DNA of 64,000 nucleotides. Origin: Klebsiella phage KMI7. Of this stretch, positions 57,002-64,000 are shown piece after piece. Both the position numbers and the translations under genes were made by a program. Each line of letters begins with the position of its first letter. Within the stretch, counting starts at the first letter, position 1. The stretch is from sequence record MN101221.1; one strand, written 5' to 3'. Below the pieces are notes generated by a model. The model ran no database searches. It worked only from the letters and a program-made list of their open reading frames with translations, and had not been told where the DNA came from.

Positions 57002-58905
57002 TAGTCAACCTTAGAAAATTTGTGTTTTCCATTAACCCAATCTTTACGCGGATCAGATTCGTCGCCGAAGCATAGTTCTAACACTTCTTTGTATTCGTCG
57101 TCAAGTACAATGACATCATACTTCAACTGATCACCCAGAACACGGTCGTAATCTTCTTTGCGTAAAGAACCCAGCCCCTTGATATATCGTACATCTTTTG
57201 CTTTATCGCGGAACGGCGCAAACTCATCAAGAGAATAGAACCATTTTTCCTCGCGCCCAACTTTAGCGATAACGATCGGGGTTCGAATATATCGGATCCG
57301 TTTCTCAGTGAACAAAGAAGGCCAACGGCTAAAGAATGCAAGCAACAGAGTTAAAATGTCGCCGCCGTCAACGTCAGCATCGACCATGATGCCGATATTA
57401 TCATAAGTCATTCCGGAAGTATCACCAGGATGAATATTGAGGATAGCCATTAGCTCAAACAGTTCTTTGTTTTTGATAATGTCTGTAAAACTCATACCCC
57501 ATGTATTCAGAGGCTTACCACGTAGCGGGAAAGCGCCTTGTGTTTCTTCATTACGGCATTCGATGAACTGACCAACAGCGGAATCGCCTTCTGTCAGAAA
57601 CAATGTTGTTTCTACCCCAGGGGTATCAATACCGGAAGCCGGAACGTGTTTAGCAATTTTTGCCTTTTTCGCTTTCTTTTTCGCTTTGGTGATCGCGGCG
57701 GCTTCTGCTGCTTGTTTACGAATCAATGCGGATTCAATGATCGGAGTAATGATTTCTGGGGTATCCATAATCATTTTTGCGATCTTTTTGTAGTTCAAAT
57801 TCGCATGATTGTTAAACTCACCTGCTGTATTTGCTAATCGCTCTTTTGTTTGGCTATCGAATGCAGGTGCATTAAAGTTATGCAGGAATACCACAAGAGT
57901 TAAGCATTCTTTTACACGTGCTTTCGGGATCTCGATACTATGCTTTTTCTTGATCATCGGTTCAAGTTCAGAATAGATACCATCAATCATACACTCAACA
58001 TGAACACCGCCGTTTTTCGTATCCAGACCGTTAACAAAGGATTTCTGTTTAAACCCGTCCTCAGTGCTCGCCAGAATGAAGCTGAGGCGATTATTTGTCT
58101 GGACAATGGTTTTATCCCCATACATGGAAGCGTACAGCGGGAAGCGATTAGAGAGCGTTTCGCCGTTATATGTGAATTTCACAGACGGGAAAGCAACGGC
58201 AAGGGCCATTAAGCGATCCTTAATCACTTCTTTGGTTTCTTCATCGATACCAGTTACACCAAACATAGAGAAGTCTGGAGTAAACTTAACAGTAGTACCC
58301 TGTTCTTTACTGGGGCTGGTTCGGTAATCGATGTTCTGTGCGCCGTCCGTACAGTTAATGGTTACTTTGCGTTTCCCGTTTGCAGTCTCGCCAATAAAAA
58401 TCGAGCTATAACAGTTTGTCAGGAAAGAACCAACACCATTCATACCCATCGTTACGCGGTTTTTATCATCGAAGTTAGAACCCGATTTTGCCATAGTCCA
58501 CGCCGCAACTGGTTTAGGAACTATTTTCCCGTCTGGGGTTTTTACATCATCCTGGGGAATACCGCGCCCGTTATCAGAGATTTTAACCAGATTATGATCA
58601 ATGGTTACATCAATCTTATTAGCATGTTTGAATTCAGTTCGGATCGCCTCATCAATAGAGTTATCAAGGATTTCGTTGATGATTTTAACCAACCCTTCCA
58701 CGTACTCAACCTTGCGATATTGGCCCATTATGAAACGTTCATGCGCTTCTTTGTTAACCGATCCGACGTACATATTTGGACGCAACCGAATATGATCGCG
58801 ATCGCTCATACAAAATGATTCGTCAACCTTTGCGCCTTTTTTGGCTGGTTGTGGTTTCTGTTCTGGTTCATCATCTGCCAGAAGAAAATCTAAACTCATA
58901 TTCAC
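57001..58905 (-). CDS. 39: DNA topoisomerase II large subunit, fused gp39+gp60 (GyrB-like ATPase + Toprim)
   Basis: 634 aa; GHKL N-box ILDNSIDEA, G-box SDNGRGIP, Toprim LTEGDSA / DADVDG; fused form as in several T4 relatives. Confidence 0.85.
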   Translation of the reverse strand: MNMSLDFLLADDEPEQKPQPAKKGAKVDESFCMSDRDHIRLRPNMYVGSVNKEAHERFIMGQYRKVEYVEGLVKIINEILDNSIDEAIRTEFKHANKIDVTIDHNLVKISDNGRGIPQDDVKTPDGKIVPKPVAAWTMAKSGSNFDDKNRVTMGMNGVGSFLTNCYSSIFIGETANGKRKVTINCTDGAQNIDYRTSPSKEQGTTVKFTPDFSMFGVTGIDEETKEVIKDRLMALAVAFPSVKFTYNGETLSNRFPLYASMYGDKTIVQTNNRLSFILASTEDGFKQKSFVNGLDTKNGGVHVECMIDGIYSELEPMIKKKHSIEIPKARVKECLTLVVFLHNFNAPAFDSQTKERLANTAGEFNNHANLNYKKIAKMIMDTPEIITPIIESALIRKQAAEAAAITKAKKKAKKAKIAKHVPASGIDTPGVETTLFLTEGDSAVGQFIECRNEETQGAFPLRGKPLNTWGMSFTDIIKNKELFELMAILNIHPGDTSGMTYDNIGIMVDADVDGGDILTLLLAFFSRWPSLFTEKRIRYIRTPIVIAKVGREEKWFYSLDEFAPFRDKAKDVRYIKGLGSLRKEDYDRVLGDQLKYDVIVLDDEYKEVLELCFGDESDPRKDWVNGKHKFSKVD

Positions 58906-58966
58906 CTCTTTGTTTAATCACTGACATTATATAGGGTTCTATGAAAAAGAAAACCCCTTTCGGGGT

Positions 58967-59173
58967 TTATGCTCGTTTTATCTTTTCCAGAATGGAAATA
59001 AGTTCATCAACCTGCATTCTGGTCAGTGTTATTGTTTTTCCGTCCTGGATAATTTCTGTCATTTCTGATACGGATTCCGTATTAAATTTGACATCCAGTA
59101 AATCAGAATACGGTTCTGGTTGAAATCCTTCTGCAAAACCGTAATCATCGGGGATCCATTCATTAATTTTCAT
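58967..59173 (-). CDS. hypothetical acidic protein (68 aa)
   Basis: track GTG start trimmed to ATG; downstream hairpin AAAACCCCTTTCGGGGTTT. Confidence 0.4.
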   Translation of the reverse strand: MKINEWIPDDYGFAEGFQPEPYSDLLDVKFNTESVSEMTEIIQDGKTITLTRMQVDELISILEKIKRA

Positions 59174-59178
59174 GATAA

Positions 59179-59343
59179 TCACTTGTTATAAGGGAAACCA
59201 TCACGAACCATTTGCGGTTTGTCCACCGTTCGTTTTGCTTTGCCCCCGCAATAACACTCTTTCGGTTCGTCGCGGCTTGCGATGCTTGACATCTTCGGGA
59301 ATTCTTTTTCGCACTTGGTGCATTTATAGGTATAGGTAGGCAT
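59179..59343 (-). CDS. FmdB-type zinc-ribbon small protein (54 aa)
   Basis: MPTYTYKCTKCEKEF...CYCGG matches the MP.YEY.C..C signature of FmdB zinc ribbons; TAATG overlap with upstream gene; below track cutoff. Confidence 0.5.
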   Translation of the reverse strand: MPTYTYKCTKCEKEFPKMSSIASRDEPKECYCGGKAKRTVDKPQMVRDGFPYNK

Positions 59344-59783
59344 TAATAAATCTCTTTTAAACTTAACATCTTAACTAAACGGGCTTTGTTTATGTCAAAA
59401 ACACATTGACGTGCGCCCGGATACAACTTTTCAACTTCGTATACCATGCAGACGAAACCAACATTGTGCATGTACTCGCGTTCATATGCATTGAACCAAC
59501 GAGAAAGGCGCTGTATTGACTGAAAACCAAAGTATAACCCAGCCGCTTGAAAGTCTACATTATCTTTTTCAAGGTTGCGCATCAATCGATTATCGTCATC
59601 CGGAGCTGGATGTCGGTGATCATCCATATCAATATAGATATCAGGATTCATACAGAATTGATCCAGCCATTCAGCAGTATCCATTGACAAATAACGATTG
59701 ACATATGGGCCACTTTTTGTTTGCCATTTTTCTGTACAATCATTCCAGAAAGAACAAGAAAATTCCACACGATATACGAACAT
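59343..59783 (-). CDS. hypothetical protein (146 aa)
   Basis: Cys/Trp-rich; no family recognised. Confidence 0.45.
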   Translation of the reverse strand: MFVYRVEFSCSFWNDCTEKWQTKSGPYVNRYLSMDTAEWLDQFCMNPDIYIDMDDHRHPAPDDDNRLMRNLEKDNVDFQAAGLYFGFQSIQRLSRWFNAYEREYMHNVGFVCMVYEVEKLYPGARQCVFDINKARLVKMLSLKEIY

Positions 59784-59805
59784 GATATAATCCTCACAAG
59801 TAAAC

Positions 59806-60399
59806 TCAAGGTTTACAAGTACGATACCACTTATCTAATTTTTCGTCAAGCATTTCGTTGATAATTTTTGCAATTTCGTGCCGTCCGTGAGTAGTACCCA
59901 GTTCCAGGTAAATCACATCAAGTGCGCACACAATAGCATCAATACTTTCTTCAACGATATTACCGCCGCGTTGAGGCTGAATGAGGCATTCGCTGATCTC
60001 GCCAACTTCCGCTGATAGGTGATGAACCACATCACTCTTCGTGCGTTTCTTCACTTTATGCGCGGTTTCGAAAAACTTATCAAGTACAATCGCCGTTTCT
60101 TCTCGCGTTGCAGTATTCTCGGATGTCGTATCCATCGCATTTCGCAAAACAGTTTCCAAAGATGTAAAATAGTTTTCAAACACGTTGAAAGGGATCACAT
60201 GAGGAACACCATTCAAAAACACCCCTTCTTTACAAACATAATGGATTTTGCGCGGAATAGACAAACCGCCGCTGCGTTCCAAATGTCGTTTAATGCTTGC
60301 TACAAAATCGAAATCTTTCCCGTATCCAGCCAACATACTGTGATAAGTGAGTTGACCAATTGCAGGAACATAGAGATCATTTTCTTTATACAGATTCAT
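59806..60399 (-). CDS. MazG-like nucleoside triphosphate pyrophosphohydrolase domain protein (possible dCTPase-type, gp56-like function)
   Basis: C-terminal half has MazG helices LSAEVGEISECL and EESIDAIVCALDVIYLEL (E..E...E/D metal-binding pattern); extra ~90-aa N-terminal domain. Confidence 0.45.
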   Translation of the reverse strand: MNLYKENDLYVPAIGQLTYHSMLAGYGKDFDFVASIKRHLERSGGLSIPRKIHYVCKEGVFLNGVPHVIPFNVFENYFTSLETVLRNAMDTTSENTATREETAIVLDKFFETAHKVKKRTKSDVVHHLSAEVGEISECLIQPQRGGNIVEESIDAIVCALDVIYLELGTTHGRHEIAKIINEMLDEKLDKWYRTCKP

Positions 60400-60697
60400 T
60401 TACAATACCTTTATGGTAGCCAAAAATATAACAATCAATCGAAGGACGTTCACCAGGGAAGTGAATGCATTGCATGATACGTTCGGCCATTAGATCTTCT
60501 CCCATGTATACCGAAGTAGTTTCTTCGTTGTAATGGGTATCATACGACGTTTTAAGCGTCATGCCCGGAAGCCCTGCAATGTGCATGAATTTAGAATTGG
60601 TGCAAGGTTTCCCTACTTCACCGTTGATCATCAACACTGCATTAGTTTTACGTGCTTTTCTCATTTGAATTTCACCCCGATTTGCGATACGTTCCAT
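60386..60697 (-). CDS. hypothetical protein (103 aa)
   Basis: overlaps neighbours by 14 and 37 nt. Confidence 0.4.
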   Translation of the reverse strand: MERIANRGEIQMRKARKTNAVLMINGEVGKPCTNSKFMHIAGLPGMTLKTSYDTHYNEETTSVYMGEDLMAERIMQCIHFPGERPSIDCYIFGYHKGIVNESV

Positions 60698-61257
60698 TCT
60701 TTTACTTCATCAACAATATCATAATGGTTGATGTATGGTAAAGCAATTTTTAAATTACTCGCGTCTTGAATGTTGCGTAAGAAACGAGTAGGAGAAAGAA
60801 GACACAACCGCTCGGATCCGTTGTTTCCTTTAGCGGCAAATGATAGGGTTTCTCCCCCGTCAATCTTCATATCAACAGAAATCGTTTTGAATTCTGGTGC
60901 ATATGACGTGATTTTGCCGTTGTCTCTCGGCGTACTATAGAAACATACACTTTGTGGGACATTATAACGATCTGTTTCAATGTACATGTAATCGCCGTCA
61001 GTCATTCCCCACACAGTGTAAAGGGATCCGGTATAGTCACCAAAGGAATTTTTAAAATCTTCCTTCGTGGTATATCCCAGCGAGCGCAATTGCATAAGCT
61101 GGTTATGCTGTTCGATTGCGTCGGCTTTTTGTTGTTCCTGTACTTGCGCATCAATCGTTTCTTGCCAGGAATTATACGCATAGTAACCCACAACAGCGAT
61201 TACAGCCATAACCCCTACAGCTTTCCAGATTTTAGCGTCTTCGTTTTTGTTACTCAT
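60661..61257 (-). CDS. membrane-anchored (N-terminal TM) periplasm-facing protein, 198 aa
   Basis: KIWKAVGVMAVIAVVGYYAY signal-anchor; remainder hydrophilic. Confidence 0.45.
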   Translation of the reverse strand: MSNKNEDAKIWKAVGVMAVIAVVGYYAYNSWQETIDAQVQEQQKADAIEQHNQLMQLRSLGYTTKEDFKNSFGDYTGSLYTVWGMTDGDYMYIETDRYNVPQSVCFYSTPRDNGKITSYAPEFKTISVDMKIDGGETLSFAAKGNNGSERLCLLSPTRFLRNIQDASNLKIALPYINHYDIVDEVKEWNVSQIGVKFK

Positions 61258-61273
61258 GCTATATTCCTTTTAA

Positions 61274-61296
61274 GAAAAAGGGCCGAAGCCCCTTTG
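61274..61296 (-). terminator. terminator GGGC-TTCG-GCCC plus T-run (leftward)
   Basis: short GC stem with UUCG tetraloop, TTTTT on the - strand. Confidence 0.55.
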
Positions 61297-61626
61297 TTAA
61301 CGAAGATAAACCACATAACCGCTTTGGTCAATCGCGCGGTCTGCGTCATTGAAGATATTACCACGAATGCCTTTTGCTGGTGCTTTCCAGCTTGCAGGTT
61401 TCAGGATATTACCATCATTATCGATGAAAGCGGCAACAGAACGCTGATTGAACATTTCACCAGTTTCTTTGTTGCGAGTATCCTGAATAACGCGATGATA
61501 TTTGCGGCCTTTCTCCAGAAAGAAAACAGTTTCGAAAGGAGAATCTTGGAAACGAGCGTTACGCGCTTTGTACATTGCTTCCATGAAAGGGGCTGCTTTT
61601 TCTGCGAGGATTTCGAAAGTGTTCAT
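61297..61626 (-). CDS. hypothetical protein (109 aa)
   Basis: preceded by TGaTATAGT promoter and ATCGAAACGAAAC leader, SD TAGGAGATATACC. Confidence 0.5.
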   Translation of the reverse strand: MNTFEILAEKAAPFMEAMYKARNARFQDSPFETVFFLEKGRKYHRVIQDTRNKETGEMFNQRSVAAFIDNDGNILKPASWKAPAKGIRGNIFNDADRAIDQSGYVVYLR

Positions 61627-61685
61627 GGTATATCTCCTAAAGTGTGTTTCGTTTCGATGTAAGTACTATATCAAAGATGGTTATT

Positions 61686-61910
61686 CTATGCAAGGCTTTT
61701 TTCGTTATCCATCAAATATTTTAAGTGTTCTTTTAATGCAGGGAGTTCGTTCAAATGGCGTTGCTTAACTTTCTCGTACTCTTTGCGTTCCCAGTTTTCA
61801 AGATTGCTTGCCAACGCTTCATCACAATAAGCGATCCCGCGTTCTGCATCCTGAACTTTCTGTTTCCATTGTGCAACTGCTTGTTGATAAAGAGAACCGT
61901 TAACCATCAT
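61686..61910 (-). CDS. hypothetical protein (74 aa)
   Basis: preceded by TGgTATAGT promoter and ATCGAAAC leader, SD GGGAGGAAATTATT. Confidence 0.5.
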   Translation of the reverse strand: MMVNGSLYQQAVAQWKQKVQDAERGIAYCDEALASNLENWERKEYEKVKQRHLNELPALKEHLKYLMDNEKSLA

Positions 61911-61983
61911 AATAATTTCCTCCCTTGTTTCGATGGGGTAACTATACCAAAGCTACCCCAGAATGTTTTAACAAAAAGTGCTA

Positions 61984-62247
61984 TTAGTAGGTATCCAGTT
62001 TATACATTTTGCACCAGTTCATGAATTCTTCGAAAGTCTGAGTATTAACACGTTTTTCCTTCTTCACTTTCTTAGTGATTACAGGACGGTTAGTAAAACG
62101 TTTTTGCATTTTCACAGTGATTGCTACTTTATCGCCCAGGTCTTCAACCTTTTCAACCAGCGCCCACTGAGAACCAATTTCAGCGCCGAAAGTCAAACCA
62201 ACAATCTCACCTGCTTTAACGTGTGCTGCATATTTTACTTTAACCAT
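61984..62247 (-). CDS. hypothetical protein (87 aa)
   Basis: track ORF trimmed to ATG with AAAGGAATACGAAA SD; preceded by cassette B promoter and ATCGAAACGAAAC leader. Confidence 0.5.
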   Translation of the reverse strand: MVKVKYAAHVKAGEIVGLTFGAEIGSQWALVEKVEDLGDKVAITVKMQKRFTNRPVITKKVKKEKRVNTQTFEEFMNWCKMYKLDTY

Positions 62248-62284
62248 TTTCGTATTCCTTTCTCTGTTTCGTTTCGATGAATAC

Positions 62285-62325
62285 AAGATACCAAAAAGCC
62301 TCCCGCAATGCAAGAGGCTTCTTTA
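62285..62325 (-). promoter_or_regulatory. terminator-promoter cassette family B: hairpin AGCCTC-TTGCATTGCGG-GAGGCT with TTGCAT in loop, T-run, extended -10 TGgTATCTT
   Basis: 6-bp stem at 62297-62319; TTGCAT-17-TATCTT on the - strand. Confidence 0.6.
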
Positions 62326-62336
62326 ACAAAAAAATG

Positions 62337-62639
62337 CTATTTTATTTCTTTGAGTAATTTACGGATCCCGCCGCCCTGTGTCTTATCAAAGATTTTCTTT
62401 GCATCAATAACAGAAGTGATTATGTGGTAGTTGTTACCTTTTCCGTCAAACTCAAACTCGACCTTGTAGTCACTACGAAATTTCACAAAAACAAATTCAC
62501 CTGCAAAGTGCTTACGAAACTGTTTTTCGTTAATGTCCAACCATTCCTGTGTATCATCTAACTGATACATGCGACAAAACAGGATCGAACCCATTACAGC
62601 AATCACGACAAGGATAGCTAACGCGAATTCTGACATCAT
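62337..62639 (-). CDS. small membrane-anchored protein (100 aa)
   Basis: N-terminal TM helix FALAILVVIAVMGSILF. Confidence 0.45.
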   Translation of the reverse strand: MMSEFALAILVVIAVMGSILFCRMYQLDDTQEWLDINEKQFRKHFAGEFVFVKFRSDYKVEFEFDGKGNNYHIITSVIDAKKIFDKTQGGGIRKLLKEIK

Positions 62640-62860
62640 TTACCCCTGTTTACTGATTGACGGTGCAATGATTTAGGCACAACCGGATTTCGGTATGGTT
62701 TGACTTTATGGATCGTGGGTTCTTCCCCAACCAAATTAGGAAATTGGCTGTTCCATTCCATCGAAAATGGATAGGGTGATGACTTTAACTCTTCGATCAT
62801 ACAGTTTACTAAACGGTCGCCGATTACACCCAAAGCCGCCCCAATAATCGCTATACGCAT
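62636..62860 (-). CDS. hypothetical protein (74 aa)
   Basis: ATGA overlap. Confidence 0.4.
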   Translation of the reverse strand: MRIAIIGAALGVIGDRLVNCMIEELKSSPYPFSMEWNSQFPNLVGEEPTIHKVKPYRNPVVPKSLHRQSVNRGK

Positions 62861-62863
62861 AAA

Positions 62864-63046
62864 TCACCCCTTAATTGTGTCAAGTACAGTAAACCAGTCA
62901 TGAAGCCATATCGTTGTTCTTACAGCGATATACGTTAACAAACTAATCAATGATACCGCTCCGCAAATAGCCAGCGTAATCAACAGCCGGATTTCAAATT
63001 TAGTAAAATTCATATCAATCTCCTTTCTGAGAACCCAATATAACAA
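62864..63046 (-). CDS. small membrane protein (60 aa)
   Basis: TM helix LLITLAICGAVSLISLLTYIAV; SD AAAGGAGATTGAT downstream of cassette -10. Confidence 0.4.
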   Translation of the reverse strand: MLYWVLRKEIDMNFTKFEIRLLITLAICGAVSLISLLTYIAVRTTIWLHDWFTVLDTIKG

Positions 63047-63078
63047 AAGCCCTCAACCGAAGTCAAGGGCTTTGTTTT
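63030..63078 (-). promoter_or_regulatory. terminator-promoter cassette family A (PeSL-like), leftward
   Basis: hairpin GCCCTCAACCGAAGTCAAGGGC 63049-63070 (reverse complement of the 32138 copy); - sense CTTTTGTTATATT extended -10. Confidence 0.7.
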
Positions 63079-63358
63079 AAATTTTTACTAGTTTTGGCAA
63101 TCGAATAACTATACCAGGATGGATCAGACGTGCATCCGGAATAGAATCACGGTTGATTTTAGCGATATCAGGCCAAAGTTCACCAACACCATACAGTTTC
63201 TTTGCTATAGAATATAGGCTATCGCCTGGTTGCACGACATAGCGATCAGATTCAATCTTAACCAGATCCTGGTTAATGATATCATCAAAGGCTTTTGCTT
63301 TCGCTTCGTTAATCGTGTTCCCGTAGTAATGGCGATCCATAATAGTTAATGTGATCAT
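63077..63358 (-). CDS. LysM domain protein (93 aa)
   Basis: YVVQPGDSLYSIAKKLYG...W..I...N.....LIHPGIVIRLP is a canonical LysM motif. Confidence 0.7.
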   Translation of the reverse strand: MITLTIMDRHYYGNTINEAKAKAFDDIINQDLVKIESDRYVVQPGDSLYSIAKKLYGVGELWPDIAKINRDSIPDARLIHPGIVIRLPKLVKI

Positions 63359-64000
63359 CGTTTCTTTCCTATGCTGTTTTCGTCTGTCTCTTCTAAGGAT
63401 GGAGGTTCTTCCAGCCCCAGGGCATAACGTTTAGCATAGATTAGCATCAACGCATCTTTAGCGCAATCATGAATTGAATCATGCTGAATGAATCCATCTA
63501 ACATGCCTTTACGCAGTGGACACGTGGTCACTCCGCGAGTCAGTAAACGGTTTTCAATAGCTGTACGCACATCACGACTATTCCAGAACACGGTCGGCAT
63601 ATCTTCAAACGTGTCAAGTTTCCCTGTCATAGTTCGTACAACATCGGTTAGCATAGAACGATCGAATTCAGGGCCGCGCGTATAATCGTATGACTGCCAA
63701 CGACTCACACCGTCAGCCGCTAAATCAGCAAAGAATTGTCGATGACCTTCGTACAAATCCATGTCAATATCAGAAGGGAACAAAACCCTTTGCGCTTCTT
63801 TAGATTGCTGTTTCCACCATTCGATCGTTTTTTCATCTTTGATGCGTTCTGGTTGTTTCCGGATGTCGAATTTATACTTTCTTCCTTTAGCAATCAGTTC
63901 CTGAAAGGTAGGCGGATCATAAGGATCATCAACAAACGGAACATAGCTAAGTTCAGCTAATTTTCCTTTTGGAAACGGGCCAATACTTTCATAATCAAAT
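63355..64000 (-). CDS. dexA: exonuclease A (DexA), C-terminal part; N-terminus lies beyond window end
   Basis: ORF open to window edge; TIEWWKQQS, NSRDVRTAIE, TTCPLRKGMLDGFIQHDSIHDCAKDALMLIYAKRYALGLEE match T4 DexA (DEDDh 3'-5' exonuclease). Confidence 0.85.
   Translation of the reverse strand, partial: FDYESIGPFPKGKLAELSYVPFVDDPYDPPTFQELIAKGRKYKFDIRKQPERIKDEKTIEWWKQQSKEAQRVLFPSDIDMDLYEGHRQFFADLAADGVSRWQSYDYTRGPEFDRSMLTDVVRTMTGKLDTFEDMPTVFWNSRDVRTAIENRLLTRGVTTCPLRKGMLDGFIQHDSIHDCAKDALMLIYAKRYALGLEEPPSLEETDENSIGKKR

Overview
This 64-kb window is a contiguous piece of a T4-like (Tevenvirinae-type) myophage genome, read with the late structural genes on the + strand. The genome therefore extends beyond both window edges, which cut gp15 at the left and dexA at the right.

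**1-12428: late morphogenesis module (+ strand).** gp15 (start cut by the window edge), small terminase gp16, large terminase gp17, tail sheath gp18, tail tube gp19, portal gp20, prohead core gp67 and gp68, prohead protease gp21, scaffold gp22, major capsid gp23 and vertex protein gp24. Several of these carry T4-type late promoters (CTATAAATAC) immediately after terminator hairpins.

**12429-15509: uvsY and uvsW.** An ORF-free, repeat-containing AT-rich spacer precedes uvsY and two tiny downstream ORFs. A ~300-bp GC-richer ORF-free segment follows, then a bidirectional terminator and the leftward uvsW.1 and uvsW genes.

**15.5-37.5 kb: hyperplastic early region (mostly + strand).** Recognisable genes are hoc plus a free-standing paralog of the Hoc capsid-binding domain, two convergent NT5C-type HAD nucleotidases, a P-loop kinase, RNA ligase 2 (rnlB), an HNH-AP2 homing endonuclease, a SLOG/DprA-like protein, nicotinamide phosphoribosyltransferase (NadV), Dam methylase, glutaredoxin NrdC, endonuclease VII (gp49), anaerobic RNR NrdD, its activase NrdG and a second glutaredoxin. 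Many small hypothetical ORFs lie between them.

**37.5-48.6 kb: long tail fibre genes and holin (+ strand).** gp34, gp35, gp36 and gp37, an unknown ORF in the gp38 slot, and holin t. gp37 ends in a self-cleaving intramolecular-chaperone domain.

**48.6-64.0 kb: leftward early block (- strand).** Two tandem DUF2829-like ORFs, hypothetical proteins, rIIB, rIIA, a small membrane ORF, a SprT-like metalloprotease, topoisomerase II subunits gp52 and a fused gp39/gp60, a MazG-like pyrophosphatase, small membrane proteins, a LysM protein and the 3' part of dexA (its start lies beyond the window).

No tRNA, rRNA or CRISPR array was seen. Recurrent non-coding architecture includes terminator-promoter cassettes of the PeSL type in two families and a conserved initial-transcribed motif, ATCGAAAC.

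No single obviously new multi-gene system stands out. The best leads are the gp37/gp38-slot arrangement, the Hoc-domain paralog, the candidate counter-defence genes (NadV, the DUF2829 pair, the SLOG-like protein), the repeat-rich spacer upstream of uvsY and the unexplained 300-bp segment downstream of the uvsY operon. All family assignments come from reading the translations by eye and need a profile search to confirm.
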